DNA from: Antedon mediterranea
Lineage: Eukaryota > Animalia > Echinodermata
Assembly (NCBI RefSeq): GCF_964355755.1
Contig: NC_092678.1
Coordinates: 11,220,352-11,284,351, forward strand
Direction: 5' to 3'
DNA length: 64,000 nucleotides
Position numbers and translations under genes: made by a program. Shown here piece by piece: positions 10,270 to 23,221 of the stretch. Position 1 is the first letter of the stretch. Every line of letters starts with the position of its first letter. The notes under the pieces are model-generated. The model was not told where the DNA came from and ran no database searches. It was given only the letters and a program-made list of their open reading frames with translations.

Positions 10270-13200
10270 TTAGTTATAATTTGAAATAAGATATTCTTTA
10301 AGTTTAAAAGAGAACATTTTGCTAGAAGACGATGATGAAATTTCGGGAGGTAGATTACTGAATAGTTTAGAACCACTATAGCGAATGTTATGTTTCATGT
10401 TAGTTAGTTTAGGTTGAGGAAGATGAAGGTCTCGTGATGCTCTTGTGTTATACGAATGGATTTCAGAGTTAGTTAAAAAATTACAGGAAAAGTTAGAAGG
10501 CAGTTTGGAATTAATATGTTCATAAACGAAAATGCATTGTTGGAGTTTATTAATATCGTGCACAGTTAAGAGTTTAAGGTTATAAAAAAGAATATTAGTA
10601 TGAGCAAGACGTGAGTTACCCGAGATAAGACGAACAGCTTTCTTTTGAAGGACGTGTATTTTATTAAGATTTAAAGGGTAATTATTGGCCCATACAATGT
10701 TACAGTAACTAATAAAAGGCAGAATAAAGGAACAGTAAATATTGCGTAAAATTTGAGACGGTAAAAAGGAAGACAGACGATAAAGTATGCCAATGTTTTT
10801 AGAAATTTTTAATTCAATTTCTTTTATATGATTTTTAAAATTTAGCTCTTGGTCAATTAAAACACCTAGAAATTTGGTTTGCTTAACATGGGGAATTACT
10901 TGATCACCAATCAGAATTTTATGAGACTCGTCGGTCAGTTTTTGATGACGTATTCCAAACAACATAAAGTTGCATTTACTTAGGTTTATTGAAAGTTTAT
11001 TCACATTAAAATAATCGTTAATATTAATTAATTCTTGGTTAAAAGTATGAAAAATTGATTGAAAGTTAACACTTTTAAAAAATAAAGTCGTGTCATCTGC
11101 ATAAAGATAAAAGGTAAGGATATCTGAGGCGTTTGGTAAATCATTGATGTAAATTAGAAATAAAAGAGGGCCAAGCAAGGACCCTTGGGGAACACCACAG
11201 GTAATGGGCTTAAGATCAGAGGTATGATTGTTAACAGAAGTACATTGAAATCTATTTGATAAGTAATTGTTTAAAAGTTTAAGAGCAACACCACGGATAC
11301 CATAATTTGAAAGTTTAGTAATCAGAATATGATGGTCAATAGTATCAAAAGCTTTCGACAGGTCAATAAACAAGCCAGAGGGAAAAGAATTGTTTTTAAT
11401 TGCATCAATAATGTTGTTGGTTAAATCAATTAGCGCAAAAGACGTAGAATAGTTTTTCCTAAATCCGAATTGTTTATTATAAAGAATATTGTGCTTGCTT
11501 ATAAAATCATAGACGCGGTTATAAATAATCTTTTCAAGAATCTTTGAAAAAAAGGGAAGGATGGAGATTGGACGATAGTTATTTGGATCGGACTTGCTAC
11601 CTTTCTTGAAAATTGGAATAACTTTACCAATTTTTAGGGAGTTGGGAAAAACACCAGATGTAAGAGATAAATTAAAAATGTAAGTGAGAGGAGAGAGAAT
11701 AGTGTCAATGGATTTTTTAATAACTTTAGCACAAATGTCATCGATGCCAGAGGCCTTGTTGCTTTTAAATGAATTTGTGATTTTGTGCACTTCTTGTTCG
11801 GTTACAGGTGAAAGAAAAATTGAGTTAGGAAAACTGCTAAATTGGATGTAAGAAGTGATGAAAAGTTTTATCAGAGTCATTGTTTATTTTTCCAGCAAGG
11901 TTGGGTCCAATATTTGTAAAGTGGTCATTGAATAGATTTGCTACTATTAAAGGTTCTTTTATTAATTTTCCATCAGCTAAAAGTTCAATATCGGCAGGTG
12001 CATTTTTATTTGACTTAAGAAGAGAATTGATGACACGCCAGGTGGCCTTGATATTGAACTTAAGCTTAGTAAAAGTTTCACAAAAGTAATCCAATTTAGC
12101 AGTTTTTAAAACGTTGTTTAATTTATTTCGATAACGCTTATATTTGGATATATTAGAAAGTGTTGGATGGCGTAGACTTTTAGAATAAAGTTTCTGTTTG
12201 TACAAAATCGAGGTCAAAAGTCCATCGGTCATCCATGGTTTAAGTTTAACTTTAGCTTTGGATGGTTCAATTAAAGGAAAGTGTTTATTATATAAGGTGG
12301 TAAAATTATTAATAAATGTGTCATATGCCAGATTTGTGTCTTGCGTACTCACGACATCATTCCATGGAAAAATTGATAAATCATTACGAAAATTAAGGAT
12401 ATTGTGTTCACTAGTATTTCTAAATTTAAGATTGGTATTGATTACTCGCTTACTCGGTTTATTTGAACTGATGTTAAAACAGGAAGATGATCTGTAGCAT
12501 CATTAATAATGATACCACTAACAGACGATTCAAGATCATTAGTGAAAATGTTGTCAATTAGGGTAGCGGAATGTTCGGTGATGCGTGTCGGTCTATGAAT
12601 AAGCGAAATGAGAGAATTGTTGAAAAGACAATGAACAAAATCATTAATATTGTTATCAGATTCAAATTTGAGTAAGTCAATGTTAAAATCACCAAGGAGA
12701 AATATTTTTTTATTTTCTTTCGTTAAGTTTTTAATAAGGAGTTCAAAGTTCTGCGTAAAGAAAGGAATAGAAATATCATGGGGTCTATATATAGTTCCGA
12801 TTATTATATCTTCTTTTCCGGTTTTAACTTCAATAAACTGAGATTCACAAAAATAGGTTAAAGGAGTTAAGTCATCTCTAATTTTATAATGACACTTATT
12901 ATTGATAAAAATATTGATACCTCCGCATTTATATGAACGGGGTTTGAAAACTAGTAAATAAAATGGTAAATGAATAAGTGGACTAACACAGTCCATCCAA
13001 GTTACCGAAATGACATCAAAGTCAAAATTAAGAGATTGAATGCAACTTGAAATAGATTCAAAGTTTTTTGTAAGCTTCTAGCATTAAAATGTATACAAGA
13101 GAAACGATTTTCAAATTCATTGTTATTGAATTTCTTTGTGAATTCATTTGGTAAATAGTAATTAGAAATATTTTGATCATTAAAAAAATTATTGTCCGGG

Positions 13201-13298
13201 TCGATGTCGTCAAATTGACTAGCAGTTGATGAGGGTTTAAATAGATGGTTTGATAATCGATTTAAATTATCATTGTTACTGAAAGTTGGTGCTTCCAT
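10270..13298 (-). pseudogene. LINE ORF2 (AP endonuclease + RT), broken by frameshifts
   Basis: Fragments with HFNARSL, GDFNIDLL, TLIDNIF, TDHLP, DLSKAFD, GVPQGS, YADD lie in several frames. Confidence 0.92.
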
Positions 13299-13473
13299 AT
13301 AAGACAAAAACACAAAAAACACAGACAAAACACAGAACAAATACAAATTAAGAGTTAGAAAAATTGAGGTATAGTAAGTAACGTGCTTAAGCGTAAAATG
13401 TAATTTTAAACTGCTCAAAACAGAGTCTCTTTATGTATAACTATGAATCAATTGATAAAGTTAGTCAGTTGTA

Positions 13474-13570
13474 ACATACATACATATAAACACACACATA
13501 TACATATATATATATACATATACATACATACATTATTATATACATACATATATACATATATATATAAATC
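13474..13570. repeat. (TACA/TA/CA)n microsatellite in the LINE inter-ORF region
   Basis: Direct reading. Confidence 0.8.
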
Positions 13571-14019
13571 ATCATACTGTCAATTATAAAAGCAGTGCTG
13601 ATAGTCGGAACAAGGTCTCATAATCGCGTCGAGCAAAGTTCCGTATTATATACATATATACACATACACACATAAATACATATTCATACACAATAAGCAC
13701 ATACATCACAGGCACAGAGTTCTAAAATGCCCAGAGATGATAAAATTTAATTAAATGATTTAAATTCAATGCATTTAATGTATGGGGAATAAAATAATGA
13801 TGAAGTCAGCATAGAGACACTAAATGTGATAAGTATGTGATGGAATAGCAAGATAATAATAATAGTAACTAATACCGCAATGGTATAAATATACATGTGA
13901 AAAATGGTTTAATCAGAAGTGTTAATTTGGAACTGATACGCAAAAACAGCAGATTAAACGATTATAATAAAGTATATCAATAACTATAGTAATAAGAATA
14001 ATAATACAATAGTTTAAAA

Positions 14020-14853
14020 TTAAGATTTGCCAATGTCAGAAATAGAAAGTATAGGAGTTACAACTTCCCTGCCATTCTTCAAGATGGTTGCAAAAATACG
14101 TCCATCAATCGACCAAACACTGTTTGTATTCTGATGTTGCTTCAATTGAGCCAGAAGATTGCGTCTTTTTAGGGTAAGATCCTCTTGGATAGATATCCCA
14201 GAGCCTTTTAATTTCTTTCTCACTGTTATAACGTTTCTTCGACTTCTATATGAGGTAAACTTTACAATAATTGGCCTAGGTCGACGTGCTTTAGCATTCT
14301 TTCGTCCTGTTCGGTGTGAGCGGTCAATGTCGTGTAAGTTGATGTTTACACCCAGCTTGTTGCTTGCTAATTTGCATACAAATTCATCAGTGTTCTCGTT
14401 GTCAGATTCAGGCATTCCAAAAATTCTGATATTATTTCTGCGTGAATATTGCTCTAGATCATCAACTGAGTTGTATATATTGTGCATTTCAGTTTTTATA
14501 TCATCTACAAAGGAGCTGATGGACTCAAATTCATTTGTTATGTCATCTATTTTGCTTTCACAAACAAATAGTGAGCCTTCAACACGATCGATTCTGTCCA
14601 TAGTCGCCTCAAGGCTTTTCTTAACGGTTTTGTTAATTAAGTTAATAAATGTTTCATTTGAAAACGTATCCAAAATTAGCTTACCGATAAGTTCAGCCAT
14701 TAATGGTCCATTAAAAGCTTTTTTGATGTTATCTTCAATGAGTGAGAGCATATCGGTACTGTTAATAATTTTCGACAAAGTCGATCGAGCTTGTTTGGAC
14801 TGCCGTGTAGACGGGCCAGTTGAGGCGGGAGTTTCCTTCGAGTTAGATGTCAT
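14020..14853 (-). CDS. LINE ORF1 (coiled coil + L1-type RRM/CTD)
   Basis: DDLEQYSRRNNIRIFG, DIDRSHR, RPIIVKF, EDLT, WSIDG motifs. Confidence 0.9.
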   Translation of the reverse strand: MTSNSKETPASTGPSTRQSKQARSTLSKIINSTDMLSLIEDNIKKAFNGPLMAELIGKLILDTFSNETFINLINKTVKKSLEATMDRIDRVEGSLFVCESKIDDITNEFESISSFVDDIKTEMHNIYNSVDDLEQYSRRNNIRIFGMPESDNENTDEFVCKLASNKLGVNINLHDIDRSHRTGRKNAKARRPRPIIVKFTSYRSRRNVITVRKKLKGSGISIQEDLTLKRRNLLAQLKQHQNTNSVWSIDGRIFATILKNGREVVTPILSISDIGKS

Positions 14854-15546
14854 GAGGCTAGCTTTTAGAAACAGATTCTATTTGTTTAGTAGGCTAAATC
14901 ACAGTTTAGGTTCCGTCTTCAGTAAGACCTGTTAGACTAACTTCATAAAAAATGATGATTTGAGACCCGTTTGAGATTTAATGCAGTTTAAATCATTACA
15001 AAATGAACATTGTTGGCGTACACGTCCAATCGTACCGACTCGCACAGGTCATATCTAGATGGCTACAACTATCTAGAGGGCTTCTAATTGATTCCTCAAG
15101 GTCAGATGATTATTTACTAGCATCATGTTTTTCACCTCAAATTATATTTCATATTCATAAATCCAATTCAACGGCCGGTCGTTGAAGCTTAGCTAACAAA
15201 AAATCCTATTGTTCCACGTGTTGGACGGAGAATCAGATAAATTGCCACAAGAAATCAGGTAGTTTTTAAATATTTTATTATTTATAACTCGCTTGTTTTT
15301 ATTGTTTTTTCGCTTGTTGGGTGATTATGTCGAGGTCCTTTGTCTTGCATTTGGCTGAGCTGTAACAAAGCAGTGCGTGGCTTGACCTCCCTATTGCATA
15401 GTCTCATTCTTGACAAAATGAGATCAATTGTTTAAGTCAAATTTAAACAAACTTAATTTGTGTTTTATATGTAACATTAGGGTTGAGGGATGGAAAAGGA
15501 ACAATTTTTAAATATATTCTTTATCCATTTAGTAACGAAATATTAA

Positions 15547-18500
15547 GAGCCATTGTCTGTAAGAATCAAAGAAATATCAAAAAGAGTGGCAGACTCAAAA
15601 AAATGGATTTCTTTCAAATTTTGCACATGGCTATATATGTGTTGAGAGAAATCAAATATGAAGTATTTTTTATTTCACACGTATATTTCCATGGCAACGG
15701 CCAAATTTGTGTTTTTGACAAATTTTGTCCTTTTTTAAGGTTTTTTAAAATGGATATCGGTACTACTTTGATGAACGATATTTTTGTGTTGTTCATTTAA
15801 TTATAAAAAATAATTAGTGTATGCATAATAACAATGCATTGTGTACCTGTTTCAAATTTTTTTATTTTTTTTTTATTTCATACTTTGGGAGATACCATTT
15901 ATTTAAAAAGGGGTGTTTTTCACTTTTTTTAAATTGTTCAATGCAACTAAACTTTACTTCACCATAACGCCCAAAGTGGTGTATTTTTTTAGCTGATTTA
16001 TTACAAATAGGTAGTTCTAATGTTTAATAATTGATTTCTAAAATAAAATACTGAGGTAAATTTAAAATCTACAAGCAGTGTTGCGAGAAACATAGGCATT
16101 TTTATAAAAAAAAAACATGGTATATTAGTAAAAACATTTTATTTTCTTTGATTATTTGATTTGAAACTCATTGGTCAGAAAAATTCTTAATGTTTTATAT
16201 AGTTCTAGTTGTGTTGTGAGAAAAAAAAAATAATTTTTAATTATAGATTCTGTAATTCCCAGTTTTAATGTCATTTTATAGGTTATATCCTCTGGAAATT
16301 TGAATAAATTATCAGATCGTTGTGAATTTTAATCTTTGCAACAGATTACTCCTCTCTTATTTTGAAGCTCCTCTTTCATTTGTTTACTTCTTTTATTTTC
16401 TAACCTAAGCAGATTCCACATGCCCATCCACCACCACTTTCGACTACCACCCCTCCCCCCCCCCCCCCCACCCCGACTATAACCACAAAAAGATAAACTG
16501 CAACACTTTGGTCGATCATCCACTATAGAGTGTCAAATGCATGCATTATTCAAGCACCACCCACACTGCCGCTACCATCGCCCCAATGAATAGACGGATT
16601 CAAACTCCTCCATCCCACTCCATCCCACCCCTCCCCCTTTCTCCAAGCCCCCACCCACCCCAAGTTAAAAATTGCAATGCAAAAGATAGGACATAAAGTT
16701 AAGTTTTTAGACCCTCGCCTTCAACCACCTAACTATTTAAAAGTCCTGGATCCACCACTTTCCCCTCCCCAAAATAGAACCAATCAAAAGTCAATGATAT
16801 ACTCAGGTATGTTAATGCTACATAACAAATATTGAAGCCCTGATTTGAAATTTCATTTCATTTAAGGTCAGCATGTAAAATATCACTTTATTATTAAATA
16901 TTGGTTTTAAATTCTATATTTTTTTTACTGTGATGGTTGGATTCAGTATTAATTATTAATTAATAATTATCTGATAATTATTTAATTTCCCTTAGTTATG
17001 CATAGCAACAGTTACTATGGTAACTAAAAATGAGATATTCTTTAGATTTTGCATATTTATCTCATACAAATTTAAATTTGTAGATTATTAGCAGGCATGC
17101 CTTATTTGCATTTTCAAATTACCGTTTCACAAGGTCATATTCGTAAGCACTTTCTTCTGTGATTATTTTTATTCATGAAAACCCCATATTTTATTTACAG
17201 CGGCCACCTCCCTTAACGGACGCACTTTGAAAAGCCTGTTTGTTCTTCCTATCTAATTAGTGCATTTGGTGCTTACCGTAAGCAGCTGCGGGCACCTTTT
17301 TATACTAAAAATGAGATTTTTTGTAAGCGGCCAATCGAAAAATGTGATACTTATTTGCATGGACCTACTGTATGAATTAGAGGTGCATGTTTATTGTATT
17401 TCTTTATATATTAGCTTTATTTTGAAGAGGTTTTAAAAACATTACTGTGAAGAGATGAGAAAACTACACAGATTTTGACCGACCATTTTTCATATGATAA
17501 AAGTTTTTAAAATTTGTCTGAAAATGCTAAAACATACTAAACCACCTGATTATAAATAATAATAGGCCTACAAGTAGCTGGAAAATACACGCTCGTTTCG
17601 TTAATAATATCGTATATAGCCATAATAAGTGATTTTGGCCCTTTATCGGCAGAACCTCCCGTAAGGGGTCACCGCCCGTAAGCGGCCACTTTTCCAGGTC
17701 CCGAGGGTGGCCATTTACGGGAGGTTCAACTGTATTTTAAAAAAAACAATTATCCTTAGTTACGCATAGAAACAGGTTCTAAGATAACATAAATAATACA
17801 TTTTGACATAACTTGACCCAACAAATGACCCTTTCACAAGGTCAGACATTTTCTGGGATTCAGTTGATAAGTAAATTTGGGAAAAGGTAGTAAAGCTATG
17901 TAATCAATTGTTTGTAGTCATGAAACCCCATATTAAAAATATTGTACTTAGTTACGTATAGAAACAGTTGCTACAATACACTATAGGTAAAATGTTGATG
18001 TCATTTGACCTCAATATGTAAAATTTTTTTTTTTTTCATGAAACTCCATATTTGTTTGTTATTTGTTACGTAAACAGGTTTAAGATAACACTAAACGCTT
18101 TTTTACCTTTATTCAGATTCGTCAAGACTTTCTTTCTGAGATTATTAGGATTCAGTATTTAAAGTAAATTTGGCAAAAAGTAGAAATGTAAAACTATGTA
18201 GAAAAAATGTTTTGTATTTATGAAAAACCCCTTATTTTTTTTAAATTTTCGCATAGAAACAGTTACTATGGTAAAATATTGACCTCAAAATGAATGAATT
18301 TACAAGATCAAGTTTGTCATTAATGGAATGCAGTAGAAGTCAAATTGAGAAAAATTACAAATGCAATCAATTCTTTGTATTTATAAAAACGCCATTTTTT
18401 ACGTTTTTTAAAAAATTACTTTCCTTAGTTACACATAGAAATGGTTGCTAAGGTAACACTATAGGTAAAATATGAAAATTTTTGAGAATTGTTATGAACT

Positions 18501-19458
18501 ATCTTGTAAATTGTGATCAAACATTAATAGTTGTAGTAAAGTGGGGACCTGTCCTGTTTTGCATTCTGACCCCTTTTGACCTCAAATGACCTATTTACAA
18601 GGTCAGATTTTTTGGGAGGTCTTTCTGTATCTCTTTACACAAAATAGATTTAAAAATTTATAAAAACCATTGACTCAATTATTTCCAAGTTTAACATTAT
18701 TTTCCATCAACTAAATATTTCAATGCAAAATACTGTTTTTCTGGCAATTAATTGAAATAAACCTGGCAACACATTCTCCTATTTGATCTAAACTATTCGT
18801 ATGACTCTAGTAGCATTATGACAAGCCATATATACATTTTATTATTGGATTAGCCATATTTAAATTGTGTTTCATGTGTTTTGTTTGTTGATATTTTGTT
18901 ATATTTTTTGTATTTTTCGCATTTTCCTGGCAACACAAAACCTATTTACGAAATTTACCCCAGTGTTTTTTTCGTAATTATTGTTGACAAACCTATTGAC
19001 TATCAAATTAAAAAACCTCATTGATTTAAAAACACCACTTTGAAAGTTATAGGTACGTTTATGAGGTATACTTTTATAAAAAAAATATTTTTTAAAAACA
19101 CCCCTTTTTAAAATAATGGTATCAACCAAACTCCATTTTGTAATTTATTTTTTTTCTAAATTAAATGGAACTCAATACATGTTGTTTACACTGCTATAAA
19201 CAAAAACTGTATACTGTAAGTATTTTTGGTTAGAATAAGTATACAAGTTTGTACTTTTTCACTATAGAAAATCTGTGAAAAATGGCAAAAACATCAAAAT
19301 TTGGATAATTGACCGTTGTCATGGCAACGGAGGCTAAAAATTAAAATGAATGTTGTAGATATGCTTTTTATTGAAATGTCTATTCATGGTAAAAATATGA
19401 GAGAAATCCATTTTTTTACATCTGCCACCAAATCTTTGATTTTTACAGACAATGGCTC
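15547..19458. mobile_element. Non-autonomous DNA element bounded by TTAA, with long imperfect TIRs (Kolobok- or Crypton-like)
   Basis: TTAA-GAGCCATTGTCTGTAA ... TTACAGACAATGGCTC-TTAA; patchy inverted similarity extends about 370 bp inward; flanks rejoin the Helitron internal repeat; no coding ORF. Confidence 0.85.
17198..17732. mobile_element. pogo/Tc1-mariner-like MITE in a TA site; left TIR partly deleted
   Basis: TA-CAG...GGGAGGTTCAACTG-TA; repeated (TAA)GCGGCCA subterminal motifs. Confidence 0.6.
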
Positions 19459-20262
19459 TTAATTGTTTTCATGTTTTACAAATAATATAACACTAAACAC
19501 AGTAAAACATTGCGATGTAATACTTTGTTGAAACTATCACCGTCCTAGTCGATTGAAAAGTACATTACGTTTAACGATACATCACTACGACGTGTATAGG
19601 CCTATGTTTATATAATGTAAAACAATTTGTGAAAACCACCTCTATTCGGGGCAAAGCATAAATTGGATTTAATCGTCAATAAATATTAAATTATCTAACT
19701 CAACTTAATTAGTAGGCCTAATGGTTTTCAACTGTTTCTTAGAGCTAATTCATACTTAAGTTGGTTCCTACCCTACCCACCAAAGTTGTTCTGCGTTTAG
19801 GGCATGTGATGCACTGTAGGCTCATCCTCTACTGGCTTTATAACGCTACTCATGCCAGTGAGGGAAGGGTGATGATGTGGATGGTTTAACTGCAATAATA
19901 AAGATTTGTACATAATATACGGCGACTGAAAACGCTAGCTCATTATCCGTTTAAAAAAATCTATATCCAACCTCGCATTATTGCATGCGGGTATTTTTCA
20001 AGATGGACATGCATTAGACAGTGTATACCACGATCGGAAAACACCCCTACTATTTGGAGCAAATCGTTGAACCTAAATTCGTTTTAATCGTCAATAACTA
20101 ATTATCGAACTCAATTTAATTAGTAAACAGGGTTACATCAGGTGGTTAAAATTAGTATCGAAAGTACGAACCAACTTTATATACCATCGAGTAAACATTC
20201 TAGAAATAACGCGCGATTTACCGAATTTTGCCCTTACGTAAATTTATATATAGAAGAATAGA

Positions 20263-22426
20263 TTTTATAAAGCAGCTATTAGGTCTGTAAATAAGGACAA
20301 GTGGGATAGATACAAACGTAGTCGTAAGGACTTGAAATCTAAAATTAAAAAATCATATAAAAGTTATCCAAAGAACCTTTCCTTAAAAAACGACCATTGT
20401 AAACAGTTCTGGTCCTTCGTTAGAAGCTCCAGAGCTAAACCCGGCACTGATACCTTTGTCATTGAGGGTAATCGTGTCAACAACCCAAAGATCATAGCTG
20501 AGGCCTTCAATAAAAGATTCTCAGCTAATTTTTCTCATGACGACCCTGACCACCTTTTCAATCATTCTTGTATTTTGCATGCTGGCTACCCCAAATTCAC
20601 TGATATCCAAACCACTGGTGCTGAGATATTATCTGTTATTAACAAACTAAAAACAGGTAAATCTCCTGGACCTGATGGAATATAACCAAAACTATGATTA
20701 AAATTGCTGCTAATTACATAACTGAACCATTATGTAAAATATTTAATCTATCTCTCAGCACTGGTGTGTTTTCCATTGAAATGAAGGCAGCCAACATCAT
20801 TCCAATCCATAAGTCAGGTGACTATAGTGATGTTTCTAATTATAGACCGATTTCCTTATGTTCTACAATTGGTAAATTGCTTGAGAGTTACTATCTTTTC
20901 TTGAAGAAAATACACTTCTCTCCGAGAAACAACATGGCTTCTTGAGGGTTAGGTCTTGTACCACCTTACTTACAGATGTTATAACTGATTGGTCTAAAAT
21001 ACTTGATGAGCATTCTCCGCCCCATACCGATGCGATTTTTCTCGATTGGCGGAAAGCTTTTGATAAAATTAGCCATAAGATTCTGTTAAGTAAATTACAT
21101 AATTTTGGTATCTGTGATTCAATGCTGGACTGGTTTAAATCCTGTAGATCTCAAAGAGTTACATTTAGGGGCTCCACTTCCGAGAATATATTGGTAAAAC
21201 CCGGGGTTCCTCGGGGATCAGTGATTGGGCCAATCTGCTCTTTAATCTCTTTGTATCCGATCTCCCCTCCTGCATTGAATCACAGATACAACAATATGCT
21301 GATGATACTCTCATATACAGAGCCATCAGAAACAAAAACAAAGATAAAGATTACCATAATGATAATGATGAAATGATCTTGCAGTTGGATCTTCATGCTA
21401 TTAACAACCGGTGTGTGACGAACAAAATGCTACTAAATACTGACAAATGTTTTGTGATGCACATAACTATATCTAACAGTCGCCTTGAACAAGCATGTGA
21501 TTATTTTATTGGAGATGATAGATTGCCCGTTACGAATTCCATTAAATATCTTTGAATGCACCTGAATCGCAAACTCACTTGGGCTGATCATGTCCAATAT
21601 GTTAAATCCAAATCTAATCGCTTGTTTGGTTTTGTGAGACGCATTGTCAAATGTCGTGATAAAGCTATTATATTGCGACTATATATATCGTTAGTTAGAC
21701 CATATATTGATTACGGTTTACCTGTCTGGATCCCCTTTCTTAAAAAAAAAATCGCTGCTCTTGAAGCTGTCCAAAGGAGGGTCACCCGTACATGCTTCCC
21801 AAGATCAGCCAGTCTCCCTTACCCTGAACGTTTGAAACGCCTCAATCTGATGTCCATTAACAATCGTATTAGGTATTTATGTATTAATTTTGTTACCAAA
21901 TGTATATACAAAGTATATGATGTTAAAGTTTTTAAATATTTATCTATTAATTGCAGAAATGTTAATAACCTTAAGTTGCGCAATAATTTTATAGCCCGGA
22001 CTGATTTATTTCATAACTCTGTCTTTAATTTTTTTGTTAGACATTTTAGAGATCTGCCTGCGGATCTCTGCGACCAACTTTTAATTAATATAAACTGTTT
22101 TAAGCATAGCCTTAAGAAATATTTTAATAATCTGTTTTAATCTGAACATATGTATATTTTAAAGATATTTTCTTAATTCTATCTTTTTAAATTAACAATT
22201 TTTTATAAAAACCCATTCCTGAATTTTGTAGTTTTATCTAAATTTTAATAGAATCCATGTATTATTCATTTTATGTAAGTATTTCGATGTGGAGAGCCTC
22301 TCGACGGTTATTTTTATATATAACTTTTAGGTTATCCGGCCTCATTGACTTACTTTTGTATTGTTTTTTTTTTTTGTACTGTTCTGTATATTGGCGAAAT
22401 AAATGATATGATAAAATGATATGATA
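20263..22426 (+). mobile_element. 3' part of the CR1 LINE (degenerate ORF2, 3' UTR, (ATGAT)n tail)
   Basis: KSPGPDGI, NYRPISL, FLDWRKAFD, GVPRGS fragments with stops and frameshifts; AATAAA then ATGAT repeats at about 22398-22426. Confidence 0.9.
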
Positions 22427-22429
22427 TTT

Positions 22430-22687
22430 TGGTTTGCCAGCTGTTAAAGCGGCACCCCAGTCGGGTAAGCTCTAACTTCAACGACTCTGTTGTGGGTTAA
22501 CCGTCGACTTCAGGCGAATTATGCCGATGATGCATGTGTAACATATTGGCGTCACAGAAGCCTGTGGAACGACTGGTCCCATATTCACGCCGATGGCGTA
22601 CATCCTAACAGAAGTTCTTCAAATGGCCGATCGTCAGGGATGTGTCGGTACGCACGTAGCGTCCGACAAGCTATTCTACACGCATAA
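22430..22687 (+). pseudogene. C-terminal fragment of an SGNH hydrolase-like ORF, probably retroelement-derived
   Basis: ...YWRHRSLW...HADGVHPN...GMCRYARSVRQAI; the DGVH block resembles SGNH block V. Confidence 0.6.
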
Positions 22688-22751
22688 AAAATGTTAAGGC
22701 CAGTAGTTTTAATTTCAATTTATATACAGAGGTTCAGAACCTCCACATACT

Positions 22752-23040
22752 TTGCGTTCGGGCAAGAATTTTGGCCTTCGGGACTAATGTTTGCTTTTGG
22801 GCCCTGTGTTTGCCTTTCGGGCACTATGTTGGCCGTCGGGCCTAATGTTTGCCTTCGGGCCTTATGTTTGCCTTCGGGCCTTATGTTTGCCTTCGGGCCT
22901 TATGTTTGCCTTCGGGCGTTATGTTTGCCTTCGGGCCTTATGTTTGCCCTCGGGCCTTATGCTTGCCCTCGGGCCTTATGCTTGCCTTCGGGCCTAATGT
23001 TTGCCTTCGGGCCTAATGTTTGCCTTGCGGCATTCGGGCT
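22752..23040. repeat. 19-bp minisatellite TTATGTTTGCCTTCGGGCC, about 15 copies
   Basis: Direct reading. Confidence 0.95.
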
Positions 23041-23221
23041 TTGGACACATCCTCTTGTTCTCAGCAGTCCGGTGAATTTCAGGCGGACCATGGATATAGC
23101 ACATACTATGGAAACCGGACGATTGTTACAAATGCAACTCCGCTTTTCAGTGGTCACTGTGTCAACCATGTTTTTTATTTCTAACCATCAGAGATGTTTC
23201 TTTGATTTCTATACAGGTATA

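Larger units (their letters stand above)
2718..15050 (-). mobile_element. Near full-length Crack/L2-group (CR1 superfamily) LINE, interrupted in its 3' UTR by a Gypsy element
   Basis: ORF1 14020-14853, frameshifted APE-RT ORF2 13298-10270, 3' UTR continuing across the Gypsy TSD to AATAAA plus a (TTGAA)n tail at about 2718-2745. The 5' boundary is approximate. Confidence 0.85.
1523..20262 (-). mobile_element. Non-autonomous Helitron carrying nested insertions
   Basis: Minus strand starts TCTATTCTTCTATATATAAA (20262) and ends hairpin + CTAG (1523). Inserted between A and T with no TSD; the flanks rejoin one CR1 ORF2. No RepHel ORF seen. Confidence 0.8.

Noticed and set aside
14159-14935. 258-aa plus-strand ORF
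   Set aside because: Antisense shadow of LINE ORF1 with no motifs of its own.
15054-15077. TCTAGATGG...CTATCTAGA hairpin resembling the Helitron 3' end
   Set aside because: Short, and the adjacent sequence does not match that next to the 1523 hairpin; it cannot be supported as a second terminus.
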